DNA of 64,000 nucleotides from an uncultured delta proteobacterium. GTDB lineage: Bacteria; Myxococcota_A; Polyangia; Polyangiales; B10-G4. This document shows positions 21,243 to 31,996 of the stretch, piece by piece (the stretch's first letter is position 1; the number at the start of each line of letters is the position of its first letter). A program made the translations under genes and the position numbers. The stretch lies in NCBI GenBank assembly GCA_963727445.1, contig CAVSGI010000009.1:800001-864000 (forward strand), written 5' to 3'. A model generated the notes under the pieces. That model was not told where the DNA came from, did not search any database, and was given only the letters and a program-made list of their open reading frames with translations.

Positions 21243-22088
21243 TCAGATCGGCGCGTAGCGATCGAGGACGGCGAGCAGCTCTTCGTTGAAGCGCGCCGGA
21301 TGCTCGCGGTGGAGGAAGTGACCACCGGGCATGGAGATCACTTCGTAGGCGTCGAGGTAGCGCCCGGCGGCGCGCTCGTAGGCTTTGACCGGAAGGATGT
21401 CGTCGGTTCCCCCGAAAGCGACCGCCGGCATCCGCACTTTCTTCCGTTGGCCTTCGGGGAGCCGGAGCCCGAGCGCGCGGTAATAGCCGAGGGCGGCTTC
21501 GAGAGAGCCCGGATGGGAGAAGGATTCCTTCACCGGGCGCGTCTCCTCGGCGGGGATGTCCTTCCACGCGGGCGACCAGCGATGCCACAGCGCGTCGATG
21601 TGCGCGAAGTCGTGTTGGCGCACCATCTCGGCGGCGCCCTTTCGCCTGAGCGACAAGAAATGGCGGGCCGCCCAGGCGAGCTTCGGTGTGGGGACCATGC
21701 CGGCCGGGTGGGGGATGGCGAGGGTGACGAGGAGCCGGATCTCGTCCGGGCCGAGCCCCGCCGCAGAGAAGGCGGCCGAGGCGCCCCAGTCGTGGCCGAT
21801 CAAGACGAATCGCTCGTCGCCGTCGCCGAGGGCCTCGCCGAGCGCGAGAAGGTCCCGACCGAGGGTGTCGCTGTCGTAGGCGCCGTCCGCCGGGACCTCG
21901 GTGGGATGGTAGCCGCGCATGAAGGGGCTCACCGCCCGGTAACCGGCGCGGGCGAGCGCTGGCCGCACCTCGTCCCAGGTCTGGGCCGTATCCGGAAAGC
22001 CATGGGCGAGGATGACCAGCGGCCCTTCGCCCTCTTCGAGGTAGGCGAAGTCGAGGCCGTTCGCTCGGACTCTCTTCGTTTCGCTCAC
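21243..22088 (-). CDS. Alpha/beta hydrolase, epoxide hydrolase-like
   Basis: HGFPD, GHDWGA, YYRA, GGHFLHRE; GTG start at 22088. Confidence 0.9.
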   Translation of the reverse strand: MSETKRVRANGLDFAYLEEGEGPLVILAHGFPDTAQTWDEVRPALARAGYRAVSPFMRGYHPTEVPADGAYDSDTLGRDLLALGEALGDGDERFVLIGHDWGASAAFSAAGLGPDEIRLLVTLAIPHPAGMVPTPKLAWAARHFLSLRRKGAAEMVRQHDFAHIDALWHRWSPAWKDIPAEETRPVKESFSHPGSLEAALGYYRALGLRLPEGQRKKVRMPAVAFGGTDDILPVKAYERAAGRYLDAYEVISMPGGHFLHREHPARFNEELLAVLDRYAPI

Positions 22089-22142
22089 GAAGCCTATGTA
22101 CCGCCACGAGACGAACTCGTCACGACCCGTTACGCTCCAGTC

Positions 22143-22781
22143 ATGCTTTGCGGTCGCTGGTACACGCTTTCTTGTCTCCTCGCCGTGCTCTCGTGCACCA
22201 CGGCCTGTGGAGACGACGCCACGAGCGGGGACGGTGGGCCCCTGGTCGACATCATGGAGAGTCGGCCCGCGGCCATGCCGCTCCCGGGTGAGACCGAGTG
22301 CGTGGTCACCACCGCCCGCGAGCCCGCGACCTCGCGCGACCACGTGACGCCCTGCACCGAGATCGACTATCCGGTCCATCCCCCCACGTCCGGGCCCCAC
22401 TACGACCGGTGGGCGGACTTCCGCGTCTACACCCAGCCCGTGCCCTCCGGCTTCCTCGTTCATTCGATGGAGCACGGGGCCGTGGTCTTCAACTACGACT
22501 GCCCGTCCGGCTGCCCCGACGTGCTGGCAGCGTTCGACGCCATCATGGCCGATCACGGCATCGACCCCTCCTGCGACGGCGTGGACGCCCGCTTCATCGT
22601 CGCCCCGGACCCGGACCTCGACACCCCGATCGCCGTCACGGCCTGGGAGCACCTGTACACCGCGACCTGCCTCGATGAGGAATCGCTCCGCGCCTTCGTC
22701 GAGGCTCACTACGGCCAGGGCCCGGAGGACCTCTGCGGGCGGGGCTTCGACGGAGAAGCGCGCAGCGATTGGTGCGGCTGA
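22143..22781 (+). CDS. DUF3105-like lipoprotein
   Basis: Lipobox TTAC-GDD; PPTSGPHY, VHSMEHGAV, IAVTAW, GPE motifs. Confidence 0.82.
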   Translation: MLCGRWYTLSCLLAVLSCTTACGDDATSGDGGPLVDIMESRPAAMPLPGETECVVTTAREPATSRDHVTPCTEIDYPVHPPTSGPHYDRWADFRVYTQPVPSGFLVHSMEHGAVVFNYDCPSGCPDVLAAFDAIMADHGIDPSCDGVDARFIVAPDPDLDTPIAVTAWEHLYTATCLDEESLRAFVEAHYGQGPEDLCGRGFDGEARSDWCG

Positions 22782-22797
22782 AGGGGCGCGGCCGCGT

Positions 22798-23187
22798 TCA
22801 GTCGAGCTCGCCGTCGTCTTCGGCGTAGCCGGCGTCGACGTACACGATGTGGGCGACGTCGGCGCGCGAGGCGATCGCCTTGAGGGTGGCGCGGTCGACA
22901 CGCCCGACCGCATCGCGGTCGATGGCGACCAGGTAGAGCTCCGTCAGGTCCGAACGAGACGGGCGCGTGGTGAACTTCACCCGCACCGGAAAGATGGTCT
23001 CGCGGTCGGCTTCGACGCGCGCTTGAAGGACGTCGTCGAGCTTCGCGAGCTCGCCGGGGCTGAGGGCGTTGGCGCTCGTGGCGACCGCCGCTGTGTCGCC
23101 GCTCGCGGCGCTCGCGCCGCCGCAGGCGGACAAGGCTGGAACGAGGACGAGGAGGAGGAGGAGAAAGGGGAGGGGAGTACGGGGCAT
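22798..23187 (-). CDS. Hypothetical lipoprotein
   Basis: Lipobox LSAC-GG; 129 aa. Confidence 0.65.
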   Translation of the reverse strand: MPRTPLPFLLLLLVLVPALSACGGASAASGDTAAVATSANALSPGELAKLDDVLQARVEADRETIFPVRVKFTTRPSRSDLTELYLVAIDRDAVGRVDRATLKAIASRADVAHIVYVDAGYAEDDGELD

Positions 23188-23357
23188 CTGGTCTTTCTTT
23201 TCGTCCTTCCCCTCTATCGGTCAACGGATGGGTCGCGCGCCATCCACCAAACATTCATCTTCGGGCCGCGCACCCTTCGGTCGATCGACTGACGAACACC
23301 CATGAAGGGCCCCTGATTCCCGACAGAATCGGGCTGGTCTGGTCTATGCTCCCGGCC

Positions 23358-24590
23358 GTGCGCGGCCGCGTCGTCCACGTCCTCCGCAAGTACGACCCGC
23401 TCGAGTGGGGCGGCACCGAGACGCACGTGGCCGAGGTCACGCGGCGCCTGGCCCATATGGGGTGGGAGGTGGAGGTCCACGCCCCCCGCGGGCCGTCGAC
23501 GCCCGACACCGCGCTCGACCCGGCGGTGCGCCTGAGGCGCTACCGCTCCTTTCTGCCGATGGTCGGCGGTGCGGAAGGGCGCCGTGGGCTCATCAAGAAC
23601 GCGGGCAACATCGTCACCCTCGACGAGCCCCTCCGGCTCCTTCTCGATCGCCAAACGACCCTGGCCCATCTCCACAGCGGGGGGCGCATGGGGGCGTCGG
23701 TGCGCACCGCGATGAGGCTCACGGGGCGGCCTTACCTGATCAGCGTTCACGGGCCGCTCCTGGCCAATCAGGAGTGGCTGAAGGCGGACACCGAGAAACG
23801 CATGTCGAGGGTGGTCGACCTCGGCCAGCCCTTCGGCCTGCTCTTCGGCTCGCGGCGTGTCCTCGGCGACGCCGCGCGGGTGATCACCTTCAACGAGGAG
23901 GAGCGTGAAGCGATCGGGCGACGGATCGGCGCGCGCTCGATCCGCATGGACCACGGCGTCGACGTAGAGCGCCTCTCCAGCGGCGATCTCGACCGCGCGA
24001 AGCAGCTCTGGCCCGAGCTCGGCGAGGAGCCCGTGATCCTCCTGGTCGGTCGTCTCGCCTCTCAGAAGAACCAGGTCTTCGCCGTGCGCGCCTTTGCTGA
24101 AGCGGCCGCCGAGACGCACCGCCTGGTGCTCGCGGGGGCCGCCACGGACGTCGGGTATCGCGAGGAGATCGAGGCGGAGATCCGTGCGCGAGGCGTGGGA
24201 GATCGGGTGCACGTTCTGGGGAACGTCGCTCGCGACGATGTTCCGCATCTCTACCGGCGTGCGGACATCCTCCTGATCACATCGACGCACGAGGCCTTTG
24301 GGCTGATCGTCCTCGAGGGTTGGGCGGCCGGGTTGCCGGTGCTCTTCCCGCGCCTGGCAGGCCTGGCCGACATCGCCGACGCCCTCGGTCACGAAGAGGC
24401 CGCGGTGAGTGGCTTCGAGGTCGACGAGTGGTCCGCGCGCTTGCGCTCGCTCGCGGCCGACGACGGGGCGCGGCGCGCGAACGCCGAAGCGGGGATGAGC
24501 CTCGTACGCCGTCGCTACGATTGGGACCGCGTCACCGAGCGGCTCTCTGAGCTCTACGAAGAAGTGCTTCGCGAACGCCGCGTTCGGTGA
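23358..24590 (+). CDS. Glycosyltransferase family 4
   Basis: GGTETH, VGRLASQKNQ, EAFGLIVLEGWAAGLP; likely GTG start at 23358. Confidence 0.92.
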   Translation: MRGRVVHVLRKYDPLEWGGTETHVAEVTRRLAHMGWEVEVHAPRGPSTPDTALDPAVRLRRYRSFLPMVGGAEGRRGLIKNAGNIVTLDEPLRLLLDRQTTLAHLHSGGRMGASVRTAMRLTGRPYLISVHGPLLANQEWLKADTEKRMSRVVDLGQPFGLLFGSRRVLGDAARVITFNEEEREAIGRRIGARSIRMDHGVDVERLSSGDLDRAKQLWPELGEEPVILLVGRLASQKNQVFAVRAFAEAAAETHRLVLAGAATDVGYREEIEAEIRARGVGDRVHVLGNVARDDVPHLYRRADILLITSTHEAFGLIVLEGWAAGLPVLFPRLAGLADIADALGHEEAAVSGFEVDEWSARLRSLAADDGARRANAEAGMSLVRRRYDWDRVTERLSELYEEVLRERRVR

Positions 24591-24718
24591 CGCGCGAGCC
24601 GTAGAGCCCATGTCACGTGAACGCGGTGCACGGCGCGTCAAGGGGCGGCCCTGATCGCGCTGGATGGACGTGCGTCGTGTCTTGCTCGGTATGCCGGGGC
24701 GCCTACGAGACGGGCGTG

Positions 24719-25276
24719 ATGGAAAACATGAATTTCGCCGCAACCATCGAGGGGATCCGTGAGCGCGTTCGGGAGGAGATCCTCCAGGGCGCCGTGACGC
24801 CGGCGTACAACGCGGACGTCGAGAAAGTATGTGAGGTGCTGAACGAAGTGCTCGCGACGGAGATCATCTGCGCGCTCAGGTATCAGAACAACCACTACGT
24901 TGCGCTCCAGAACGGTGACCACCGCGTCGCCGAGGAATTCGCGGAGCACGCAAAGCAGGAAATGGAGCATCAGGAGCGGGTCGCGGCCCGCATCTGTCTC
25001 CTGGGCGGGCTTCCCGATTTCGATCCACGTCGTGTCGTCAAGCGCGCCCACGCCGAGTACTCGAGCAGCAGCTACCTGCGCGAGTTACTCCAGGAAAATC
25101 TGGTAGCGGAGCGTGTCGCGGTCGCGACCTATTCCCAGATCGTTCGCTGGCTGGGAGACGACGATCCCACGACTCGCCGAATGATGGAGGACATCCTCGC
25201 ACAGGAGGAGGAGCACGCGGACGACCTGGTCGACCTGATCCGCGCGGTGGACTCCCGAACGGCGAGTCAGCACTGA
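24719..25276 (+). CDS. Ferritin-like (bacterioferritin/DPSL-type) diiron protein
   Basis: LATE..RY, EFAEHAKQEMEH, LVAER, EEEHADD ferroxidase-like E/ExxH pairs. Confidence 0.87.
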   Translation: MENMNFAATIEGIRERVREEILQGAVTPAYNADVEKVCEVLNEVLATEIICALRYQNNHYVALQNGDHRVAEEFAEHAKQEMEHQERVAARICLLGGLPDFDPRRVVKRAHAEYSSSSYLRELLQENLVAERVAVATYSQIVRWLGDDDPTTRRMMEDILAQEEEHADDLVDLIRAVDSRTASQH

Positions 25277-25293
25277 GGAGAGCGAGGTGAGCC

Positions 25294-26367
25294 ATGAGCG
25301 CCGAACCAGAAACGACGGGGGACCACGGTAGAAGGCGGGTCGTCGGCTTTCTGGGAGGCATTCGGCTCGGGCGCCTCTTCGGAATCGAGATCGTCGCGGA
25401 CTGGAGCCTGATCCTCATCTTCGTCCTGATCGCGATGGACCTGGGCCTCGGGGTGCTGCCCTCCTGGCACCCCGATTGGAGCCCGGGGCTCATCGCCGGA
25501 ATGGCGCTCGGCACGGCGGTCGCGTTCTTCGCGTCGATCCTGGTACACGAGCTCTCCCACGCGCTGGTCGCGCGGCAGTTCGACGTTCCCGTCCCCCGGA
25601 TCACGCTCTTCCTCTTCGGCGGGATGGCGCACATGGAAGGTGAGCCGCCCTCGCCCATGAGTGAGATGGCGATCGCGGCCATCGGACCCGTCGTGAGCAT
25701 CGTCATCGGGGTGTTGACCACGCTCGTCGGCGTGTCGATCGCCGGGCCCGACGTGATGACCGCGGAGATCACCGGCGCCCCGGTTCAGCTGCTGCGGACG
25801 ATCGGGCCGGCCGCGACGCTCCTGCTCTGGCTCGGGCCGATCAACGTCGTCCTCGGCCTGTTCAACCTGGTCCCCGGTTTTCCGCTCGACGGAGGCCGCG
25901 TGCTCCGTTCGATTCTCTGGGCGGCCACGGGTGATCTCGTGAAGGCGACGCGTTGGGCTTCCACCGCCGGTCGCTTGGTGGCGTGGGGCCTGGTCGCCTT
26001 CGGGCTGTTGAACGTCTTCGAGGGCGATCTCGGCGGCCTCTGGCTGATGCTCATCGGCTGGTTCCTGCACTCGGCCGCCCGCGCCAGCTACCAGCAGCTC
26101 CTCGTCAAGCAGGCGCTCGCGGGCGTCAGCGTCGGAGCGCTCATGGGCAACGTCCCCGAGTACATGAAGTCGCGCCTCGCGGGCGCGTCCTTCGACGACG
26201 CGCTCTCGCCAACCGACCCCGCCAGCGAGGCGATGCGTCGCCTCGTCTCCACCCGAGGTGAGGCGCTGCCCGTCGTCGAAGATGGTGAGCTGCGCGGCAT
26301 CCTCACTTTGCACGACGTCCTCCGCTATCTCGACCTGCTGGCGCCGACCAGCGTTGGAACCGGCTGA
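25294..26367 (+). CDS. Site-2 protease (M50) with CBS domain
   Basis: HELSH, FGGMA, AIGP, FNLVPGFPLDGGR; C-terminal LPVVEDGELRGILT. Confidence 0.92.
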   Translation: MSAEPETTGDHGRRRVVGFLGGIRLGRLFGIEIVADWSLILIFVLIAMDLGLGVLPSWHPDWSPGLIAGMALGTAVAFFASILVHELSHALVARQFDVPVPRITLFLFGGMAHMEGEPPSPMSEMAIAAIGPVVSIVIGVLTTLVGVSIAGPDVMTAEITGAPVQLLRTIGPAATLLLWLGPINVVLGLFNLVPGFPLDGGRVLRSILWAATGDLVKATRWASTAGRLVAWGLVAFGLLNVFEGDLGGLWLMLIGWFLHSAARASYQQLLVKQALAGVSVGALMGNVPEYMKSRLAGASFDDALSPTDPASEAMRRLVSTRGEALPVVEDGELRGILTLHDVLRYLDLLAPTSVGTG

Positions 26368-26373
26368 AGGAGC

Positions 26374-26955
26374 ATGAAGATCATGATCGACCACCAGACC
26401 AGGACCGCGATCCGAGCGGCAGTGCTAGTGACGGCGGTGGCGCTCGTGCTGCCGACAACCGCCCAGGCGCAGACCACCGGGGCGCCTCCCGACAGCGGTC
26501 ACCTCGACGCCTATCACGCGATGCAGGACGTCACCCTCGGGCTGATGGGCGCGACGCTGACGCTGGGCTCGATCCAGCTCTACAACATGCCCACCATCTT
26601 CAGCGACGGTGGCTGTTTGCGTCAGAAGGCCGCGTTCGGGGCTTTCGCTTGCGAGCACCGCCTCACCCTCGTGCACGCGGGGATGGGCGCGCTGAGCCTC
26701 GGCTCCTACATCGCCACCGAAATCTTGTCGGCGGATCTGCCCACCCGGAATCGCAGCGCGACCGAATCGACGATCTCCGACGTCTTGACCGTCGCCACCG
26801 CGATTGGCTACGGCGTCACCGCCATCATCGGGTTGATCGCCGCCAACCTGGGCGACTTCGACGTGCAGAAGGTGCTGCGGGTCATCCACGCGGGCATCGC
26901 TCTGCTGACGGTCGGTGCCTTCGCCACGCAAGTGGGCATGGAGCACATACGCTGA
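26374..26955 (+). CDS. Hypothetical membrane protein
   Basis: Signal peptide (AQA|Q) plus about four hydrophobic helices with intramembrane His residues. Confidence 0.65.
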   Translation: MKIMIDHQTRTAIRAAVLVTAVALVLPTTAQAQTTGAPPDSGHLDAYHAMQDVTLGLMGATLTLGSIQLYNMPTIFSDGGCLRQKAAFGAFACEHRLTLVHAGMGALSLGSYIATEILSADLPTRNRSATESTISDVLTVATAIGYGVTAIIGLIAANLGDFDVQKVLRVIHAGIALLTVGAFATQVGMEHIR

Positions 26956-27140
26956 GCCAGCTCGGACCCCGGTGGGCGGGCGGAGCCCCCGGCTGTCGCC
27001 ATCGTCGGATGAGCGCCTGACGCCCCTCGCGACCCCCGACGGCGTGCGGACGGCGGAACAAAGGCCGGCCCCGCGCTGTCGGTCCCAATCGGGAAGGTAT
27101 TCTCCTGCCTCACCGTTCGCTATGGTTGGGGCCTTCCGGG

Positions 27141-29006
27141 ATGGGGAAGTTGTCGAAATTGGTGGGGTCCGTCCGCCGAGCGCTCCTGCTCAGGGGGGTG
27201 ATCGCCGGATTCTGCGCGGGGGCGGTGGTCACCGGCTCACTCGCCCTCACGTCGATCCTCTTCTTTCCCGAGATCCCGCGGCTGCCGCTCCTCGCGCTTC
27301 TGGTCCTGGGCCCCCTGGTCGGCTTCTTCCGGGCGCTGCGCGGCATGCCGAGCGAGCGTGATCTGGCCCTGTGGGTGGACCGCCAGCTCGGCGCTGACGC
27401 CGCCATCGTGACGGCGCTCGAGCTCGGAGAAGAAGACACCGATGCCTTCGCCGAAACCGTGCGCGCCGAAGCCGCCAACGCTCTGGCCGGTGCGCGGGTC
27501 GAGGACGTGCGCCCGCGTATCGTCGGGAGCGAGCCCTGGGGCTTGCCGATCGCGGCCGCGTTCTTCGCCACCGCCATCTACCTGCCGCCGCCGCCCGAGG
27601 CGCCCGCCGCGCCCGGTTCCGAGGTCGTGACCATCGACGACGCCGAGGCGCTGCGCCGCATCGAGCGCCTTCCCGAGCAGGTGCGCGATCCCGAGCGGCG
27701 CGAGCTGCTGCGGGACGCGGCGCGCGAGGCGCGCGAGCTTCGCCAGGACCTGGCGCGAGGCACGGAGGAGCGCGACGCGCTCGACCGGATCGCCAGGGTG
27801 CGCGAGCAGGTGGAGGCCGCGCGGCGCCGCGAGACCGCGGAGGAGCGCCGCGCGCGCGACGCCGCGGTCGAGGCGCTCGAAGGCGAAGCGGAGATGCAGC
27901 AGGCGCTCGCAGAGCGCGACCTCACGGCCCTCGACCGGGCGGTGGCGCGCGCCGCAGCGCGACGGGAGGCGTCGGATCGGGCGCGCGCCCGCGAGGCGCT
28001 CCAGCGTGCGGCGGAGGCGGCGCGCGAGGCGGGGGACGAGGCCATGGCCGAGTCGCTGCTCCGTCGCGATCGGCTCCTGGACCGGCGGGCACAGCAAGCG
28101 GAGCTGGCCCGCCAGCTCGCCGAGGCGATGCCCGAGCTGGCGGATGCGGGCCTCGGGCGCACCCTCGAGCGTCTCGACCGCGACGGCGCGGACGAGCAGC
28201 TGACCCAGGGCATGGTCGACGCCATGCGTGAGGCCTGGTCGCGCCTGAGTGAAGAGGAGCGACAGCGCCTCGCGGAGGCGATGCGGAGCGCCGAGCAGAT
28301 CGAAAACGATCAGGCGGCCGACGACGCGCAGGCGTCCCAGGGAGAGATGAGCGCGGACGAGATGGAGCAACAGCTCCGCGACGCCCTCGCCAATCTCGAC
28401 AACCTGCGCACGCAGGTCGGCGCAGGCGGCATGAGGGTGGCCCAGAACGGGAACGGGCAGAACGGGCAGAACGGGAACGGGCAGAACGGGCAGAACGGGA
28501 ACGGGAACGGGCAGAACGGGAACGGGCAGAACGGGCAGAACGGGAACGGGAACGGGAACGGGAACGGGAACGGGAATGGGAACGGGAACGGGAACGGGAA
28601 CGGGAACGGGAACGGGAACGGGAACGGGAACGGGAACGGGAACGGGAACGGGAACGGGAACGGGAACGGGAACGGGAACGGGAACGGGAACGGGAACGGA
28701 AACGGAAACGGAAGCGGCACCGGTGGGCCGGGGCCTGGCGGGGGTGTGGGCCCCGAGGGCGGCGAGACCCAGCGCCTCGACGGCGACGACGGGACGCTCG
28801 CGCGCGTTCGCCCGATGCTCGGCCCGGGAACGCCCTCTCGCCGTACCATCCGCTGGATGAACCCCGACGGCACACCGCTCCCCGAGACCGCTCCCGACCC
28901 GTCCGCGACCGGTCAGGCCGCCGAGGGTGAGCCCGGCGCCATCGAGCGGGCACCCTTGCCCGAGGACTACCGCGATCACGTCCGAGTCTTTTTCGGAGGG
29001 GAGTGA
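27141..29006 (+). CDS. Membrane-anchored coiled-coil protein with Asn-Gly repeat, first gene of the MoxR operon
   Basis: 3 TM segments, long E/R/A coiled coil, (NG/NGQ)n tract, C-terminal [14 protein letters not shown]. Confidence 0.8.
   Translation: MGKLSKLVGSVRRALLLRGVIAGFCAGAVVTGSLALTSILFFPEIPRLPLLALLVLGPLVGFFRALRGMPSERDLALWVDRQLGADAAIVTALELGEEDTDAFAETVRAEAANALAGARVEDVRPRIVGSEPWGLPIAAAFFATAIYLPPPPEAPAAPGSEVVTIDDAEALRRIERLPEQVRDPERRELLRDAAREARELRQDLARGTEERDALDRIARVREQVEAARRRETAEERRARDAAVEALEGEAEMQQALAERDLTALDRAVARAAARREASDRARAREALQRAAEAAREAGDEAMAESLLRRDRLLDRRAQQAELARQLAEAMPELADAGLGRTLERLDRDGADEQLTQGMVDAMREAWSRLSEEERQRLAEAMRSAEQIENDQAADDAQASQGEMSADEMEQQLRDALANLDNLRTQVGAGGMRVAQNGNGQNGQNGNGQNGQNGNGNGQNGNGQNGQNGNGNGNGNGNGNGNGNGNGNGNGNGNGNGNGNGNGNGNGNGNGNGNGNGNGNGNGNGSGTGGPGPGGGVGPEGGETQRLDGDDGTLARVRPMLGPGTPSRRTIRWMNPDGTPLPETAPDPSATGQAAEGEPGAIERAPLPEDYRDHVRVFFGGE
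28446..28712 (+). repeat. In-frame tandem repeat (AACGGG)n with interspersed CAG, encoding NG/NGQ
   Basis: 267 bp; about 29 consecutive AACGGG-type units at 28539-28712, preceded by AACGGG/AACGGGCAG units. Confidence 0.98.
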
Positions 29007-29008
29007 GC

Positions 29009-30025
29009 ATGGCCAGCTCTAGCGAAGAGCGGATCGAGCAGTTCCACGAGGTGGCGAAGCGGCTCCGGGCGGCGGTCGCCGAGGTCGTCGTCGGTCAACA
29101 GGACGTGGTCGAAGAGGTGCTGTTGTGCCTCTTCGCCGGGGGTCACGCGTTGCTCGAGGGCGCGCCCGGGCTCGGCAAGACGCTCCTGGTGCGAACGCTC
29201 TCCGAGGCGATGCATCTCGAGTTCTCGCGCATCCAGTTCACGCCCGACCTGATGCCGGCGGACATCGTCGGGACCAACGTCGTCGTCGAGGACGAGACGG
29301 GCCGTAAGCGCTTCGAGCTACAGAAGGGCCCGATCTTCGCGCAGCTCGTCCTCGCGGACGAGATCAACCGCGCGACGCCCAAGACCCAGAGCGCGCTGCT
29401 CGAAGCGATGGCCGAGCATCACGTCACCATCGCTGGCGAGCGTCACCGTCTGGAGCAGCCCTTCTTCGTCCTCGCGACCGAGAACCCCATCGAGATGGAG
29501 GGGACCTACCCGCTCCCCGAGGCCCAGCTCGATCGCTTCCTCTTCAAAGTGCTGGTGCCGCAGCCCGACGAGGACACGCTGGTGGGCATCCTCGACCTCA
29601 CCACCGGCACGGCGCGCCCCGAAGTGCCCCGCGTGGTCGACGGCAAGACCCTCCTCGAGCTCCGGGAGCTGGTGCGCGAGGTGCGTGTCGCCGAGCCGCT
29701 CACCCGCTACGTCGCGCGTCTGGTGCGCGCCAGCGACCCAGGGACCGAGTCCGCCGCGCCTTCGGCCAAGCGCCTGCTTCGCTACGGCGCGGGCGTCCGT
29801 GGCGGCCAGAGCCTGATGCTCGCTGCCAAGGTGCATGCCCTGACGCAGGGTCGGGCCCACGTCTCCTTCGGTGACTTCGAACGGGTTGCCCTGCCGGCGC
29901 TCCGCCATCGCGTCATCCCGAGCTTCGAAGCGGAAGCCGATGGCATCTCGCCCGACGAGATCGTCCGGCGCATTCTCGGCGAGGTCGCGCAGGTTCCCGA
30001 CTCGGTGGCGGCGATCGCGAGCTGA
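29009..30025 (+). CDS. moxR: MoxR-family AAA+ ATPase
   Basis: GAPGLGKT, RIQFTPDLMPAD, LADEINRATPKTQSALLEAM, EGTYPLPEAQLDRF. Confidence 0.95.
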   Translation: MASSSEERIEQFHEVAKRLRAAVAEVVVGQQDVVEEVLLCLFAGGHALLEGAPGLGKTLLVRTLSEAMHLEFSRIQFTPDLMPADIVGTNVVVEDETGRKRFELQKGPIFAQLVLADEINRATPKTQSALLEAMAEHHVTIAGERHRLEQPFFVLATENPIEMEGTYPLPEAQLDRFLFKVLVPQPDEDTLVGILDLTTGTARPEVPRVVDGKTLLELRELVREVRVAEPLTRYVARLVRASDPGTESAAPSAKRLLRYGAGVRGGQSLMLAAKVHALTQGRAHVSFGDFERVALPALRHRVIPSFEAEADGISPDEIVRRILGEVAQVPDSVAAIAS

Positions 30026-30027
30026 CG

Positions 30028-31996
30028 ATGAGGATCCTCCTCGCCAGCCTGCTCGCGTACCTGGTCGCGTCGCCGAGCCTCGCCTCCGCGCAGCAGAACC
30101 AGCAACCCCGGCCCGTCGCCATCGCCGCGCGCGCGCTCTTCGGCGAGCAGCTTCTCCTCTCGAACGCACACGTGCCGATCCTGGTGACGCTGCAGAACCG
30201 CACGCAGCGCACGCTCAGCGGCCGGGTGGTGATCGAGATCGAGAACTACGCGAGCGGGAAGCGATCGTACGAGATCGCCGCCGATCTGCCGCCGCGCGAA
30301 GGGCGGCAGGTGGTGTTGACACCCTACGTCGTCGATGGTGGAACACTGAACGTCAGCTATCGGGTGGGGAGCCGCCCCCTCGCCCGCGCGGTCTTGAACA
30401 CCAGTTACTCGCCGGCGCTCTCGGGCATGGTGCTCCTCGACAACCCCTCACACCTGCGGGGCTCGTTGCTCGAGATGGAGGTGGAGGAGGCGGGCGGTGG
30501 CCCCTACGGCGCACCGCGTATGGTCCGCATGCCGGTGGGCACCGTGCCGATGGACCCGCGGAGCGCGGACCCGATCCTCCCGCGCAACCCGGTCGCGTGG
30601 TCGGGGGTGTCGCTCCTCATCACCAGCGCGCCAGCGCTCGAGCGCGTTGGCGAGCCCGAGCGCGAGGCGATCGTCGACTGGATCCGGGCTGGCGGACAGC
30701 TCCTGGTGTTCCTCCGGAGCGACGCCGATGCGCGCGGGCCGGCGATGAGCAGCCTCATCGGCACGCCCGCGCTCGAGGCGACAGCCGATCCTGCGTTGGC
30801 CTCGTCCTTCGTGCCTCCCAACGCTGAGGCCAAGACGCTCGTCGCGCCGGACGTGAGAGCCGAAGTATTCGGCGGCTCGCGGCGAATCGGGTTCGGTCGT
30901 GTCTTCGTCGCGACTTATGAGGGCACCTCGCCCCGCTTCGCGTCCGCGGTGCAGACCCGCGAGCTGGTGCGGGCGGTCCTGTCGCGGCCTCGGACGCCCG
31001 GCGAGAACGCGCCGGCGATGCCCTTCGGTCGCTACGAGGACTCGCTCACGGACGACTTCTTCGGCAGCGGGCCCAGCTTCTCGTCGCTCCGCCCCTCGCT
31101 CGATCCGAACGAGGGCTATCGCCCCGCGCTCGCGCTTGTCGCGGTGGTGTTGCTCCTCTACGTGCTGGTGGTGGGGCCGCTCAACTTCACCTTCGTCGGT
31201 CGACGCGGCAAGCCGACCCTGGCGCTGTTGACGACACCGGTCGCGGCGGCGGGCTGCCTGGGCGTGCTCTTGATGGTTGGCTACATCGGCAAGGGCGTCA
31301 CCATGAGACACAGAATCGGTCCAGGTGGTGGAGCTCCTCGAGGGCGAGAGCCTCGGGCCCGCGCGCCGTTACGACGGCCTCTTCCTCACGCGGCCGGCCA
31401 CCTTCGACATGCCGTCGCCCGAGCGGGGGATCGCCCGACCGATCGGCGATGGAGGCGACCATCCGACCACGGTCTTCGACGGAGACGGCAGCACGCTCCG
31501 CGGCATGCGGGGTGGGCTGTGGGAGACGATCTTCGTCCGCGAGGACTACGTCGCGGACCTCGGGGGAGAGGTGACCTTCGAGCGGGCCGGCCGGCGTGTG
31601 GTCGCGGTGGTCAATCACACGCCCCACGATCTTCACGGCGCAGTGGTGATCGACGGGATCGGCGGCGTGTACCGCGTGGGCGACGTGCCGGCGGGCGGCC
31701 GCGCCATGGTCCCCAGCACGACCGCCATGAGCGTCGGGACGTCCAACGCTTTCTGGGGACCCGACGATTACACAGTGACCCAGTTCGCCGAGACCATGGG
31801 CTTCCCCAGCGACCAGCGCGCCATCCTCGACGGCGTCTCCAAGGTGCTGGGGGGCAACTTCACGGTGGGGAGCGTGCCCGTCCTCTTCGCCGCGCTCGAG
31901 ATCGAACGCCCGCCCGTCGCCGACACCTTCCGCCCCGAGCTCGACTACACCTTCGTCCGCGTGGTGCCCAACCTCGAAAAGGAGCTGGCCCCATGA
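30028..31996 (+). CDS. Hypothetical exported/membrane protein of the MoxR operon; +1 frameshift near 31314
   Basis: Signal peptide, GATase-like segment (WIRAGGQLLV), TM pair with YVLVVGPLN. The frame switches at GAATC (31313-31317) into ORF 31325-31996. Confidence 0.75.

Noticed and set aside
27237..29010. Antisense/alternate-frame ORFs with (VP)n, (RS)n, (FP)n, (GT)n repeats
   Set aside because: Shadow translations of the AACGGG repeat; only the NG frame belongs to a coherent protein
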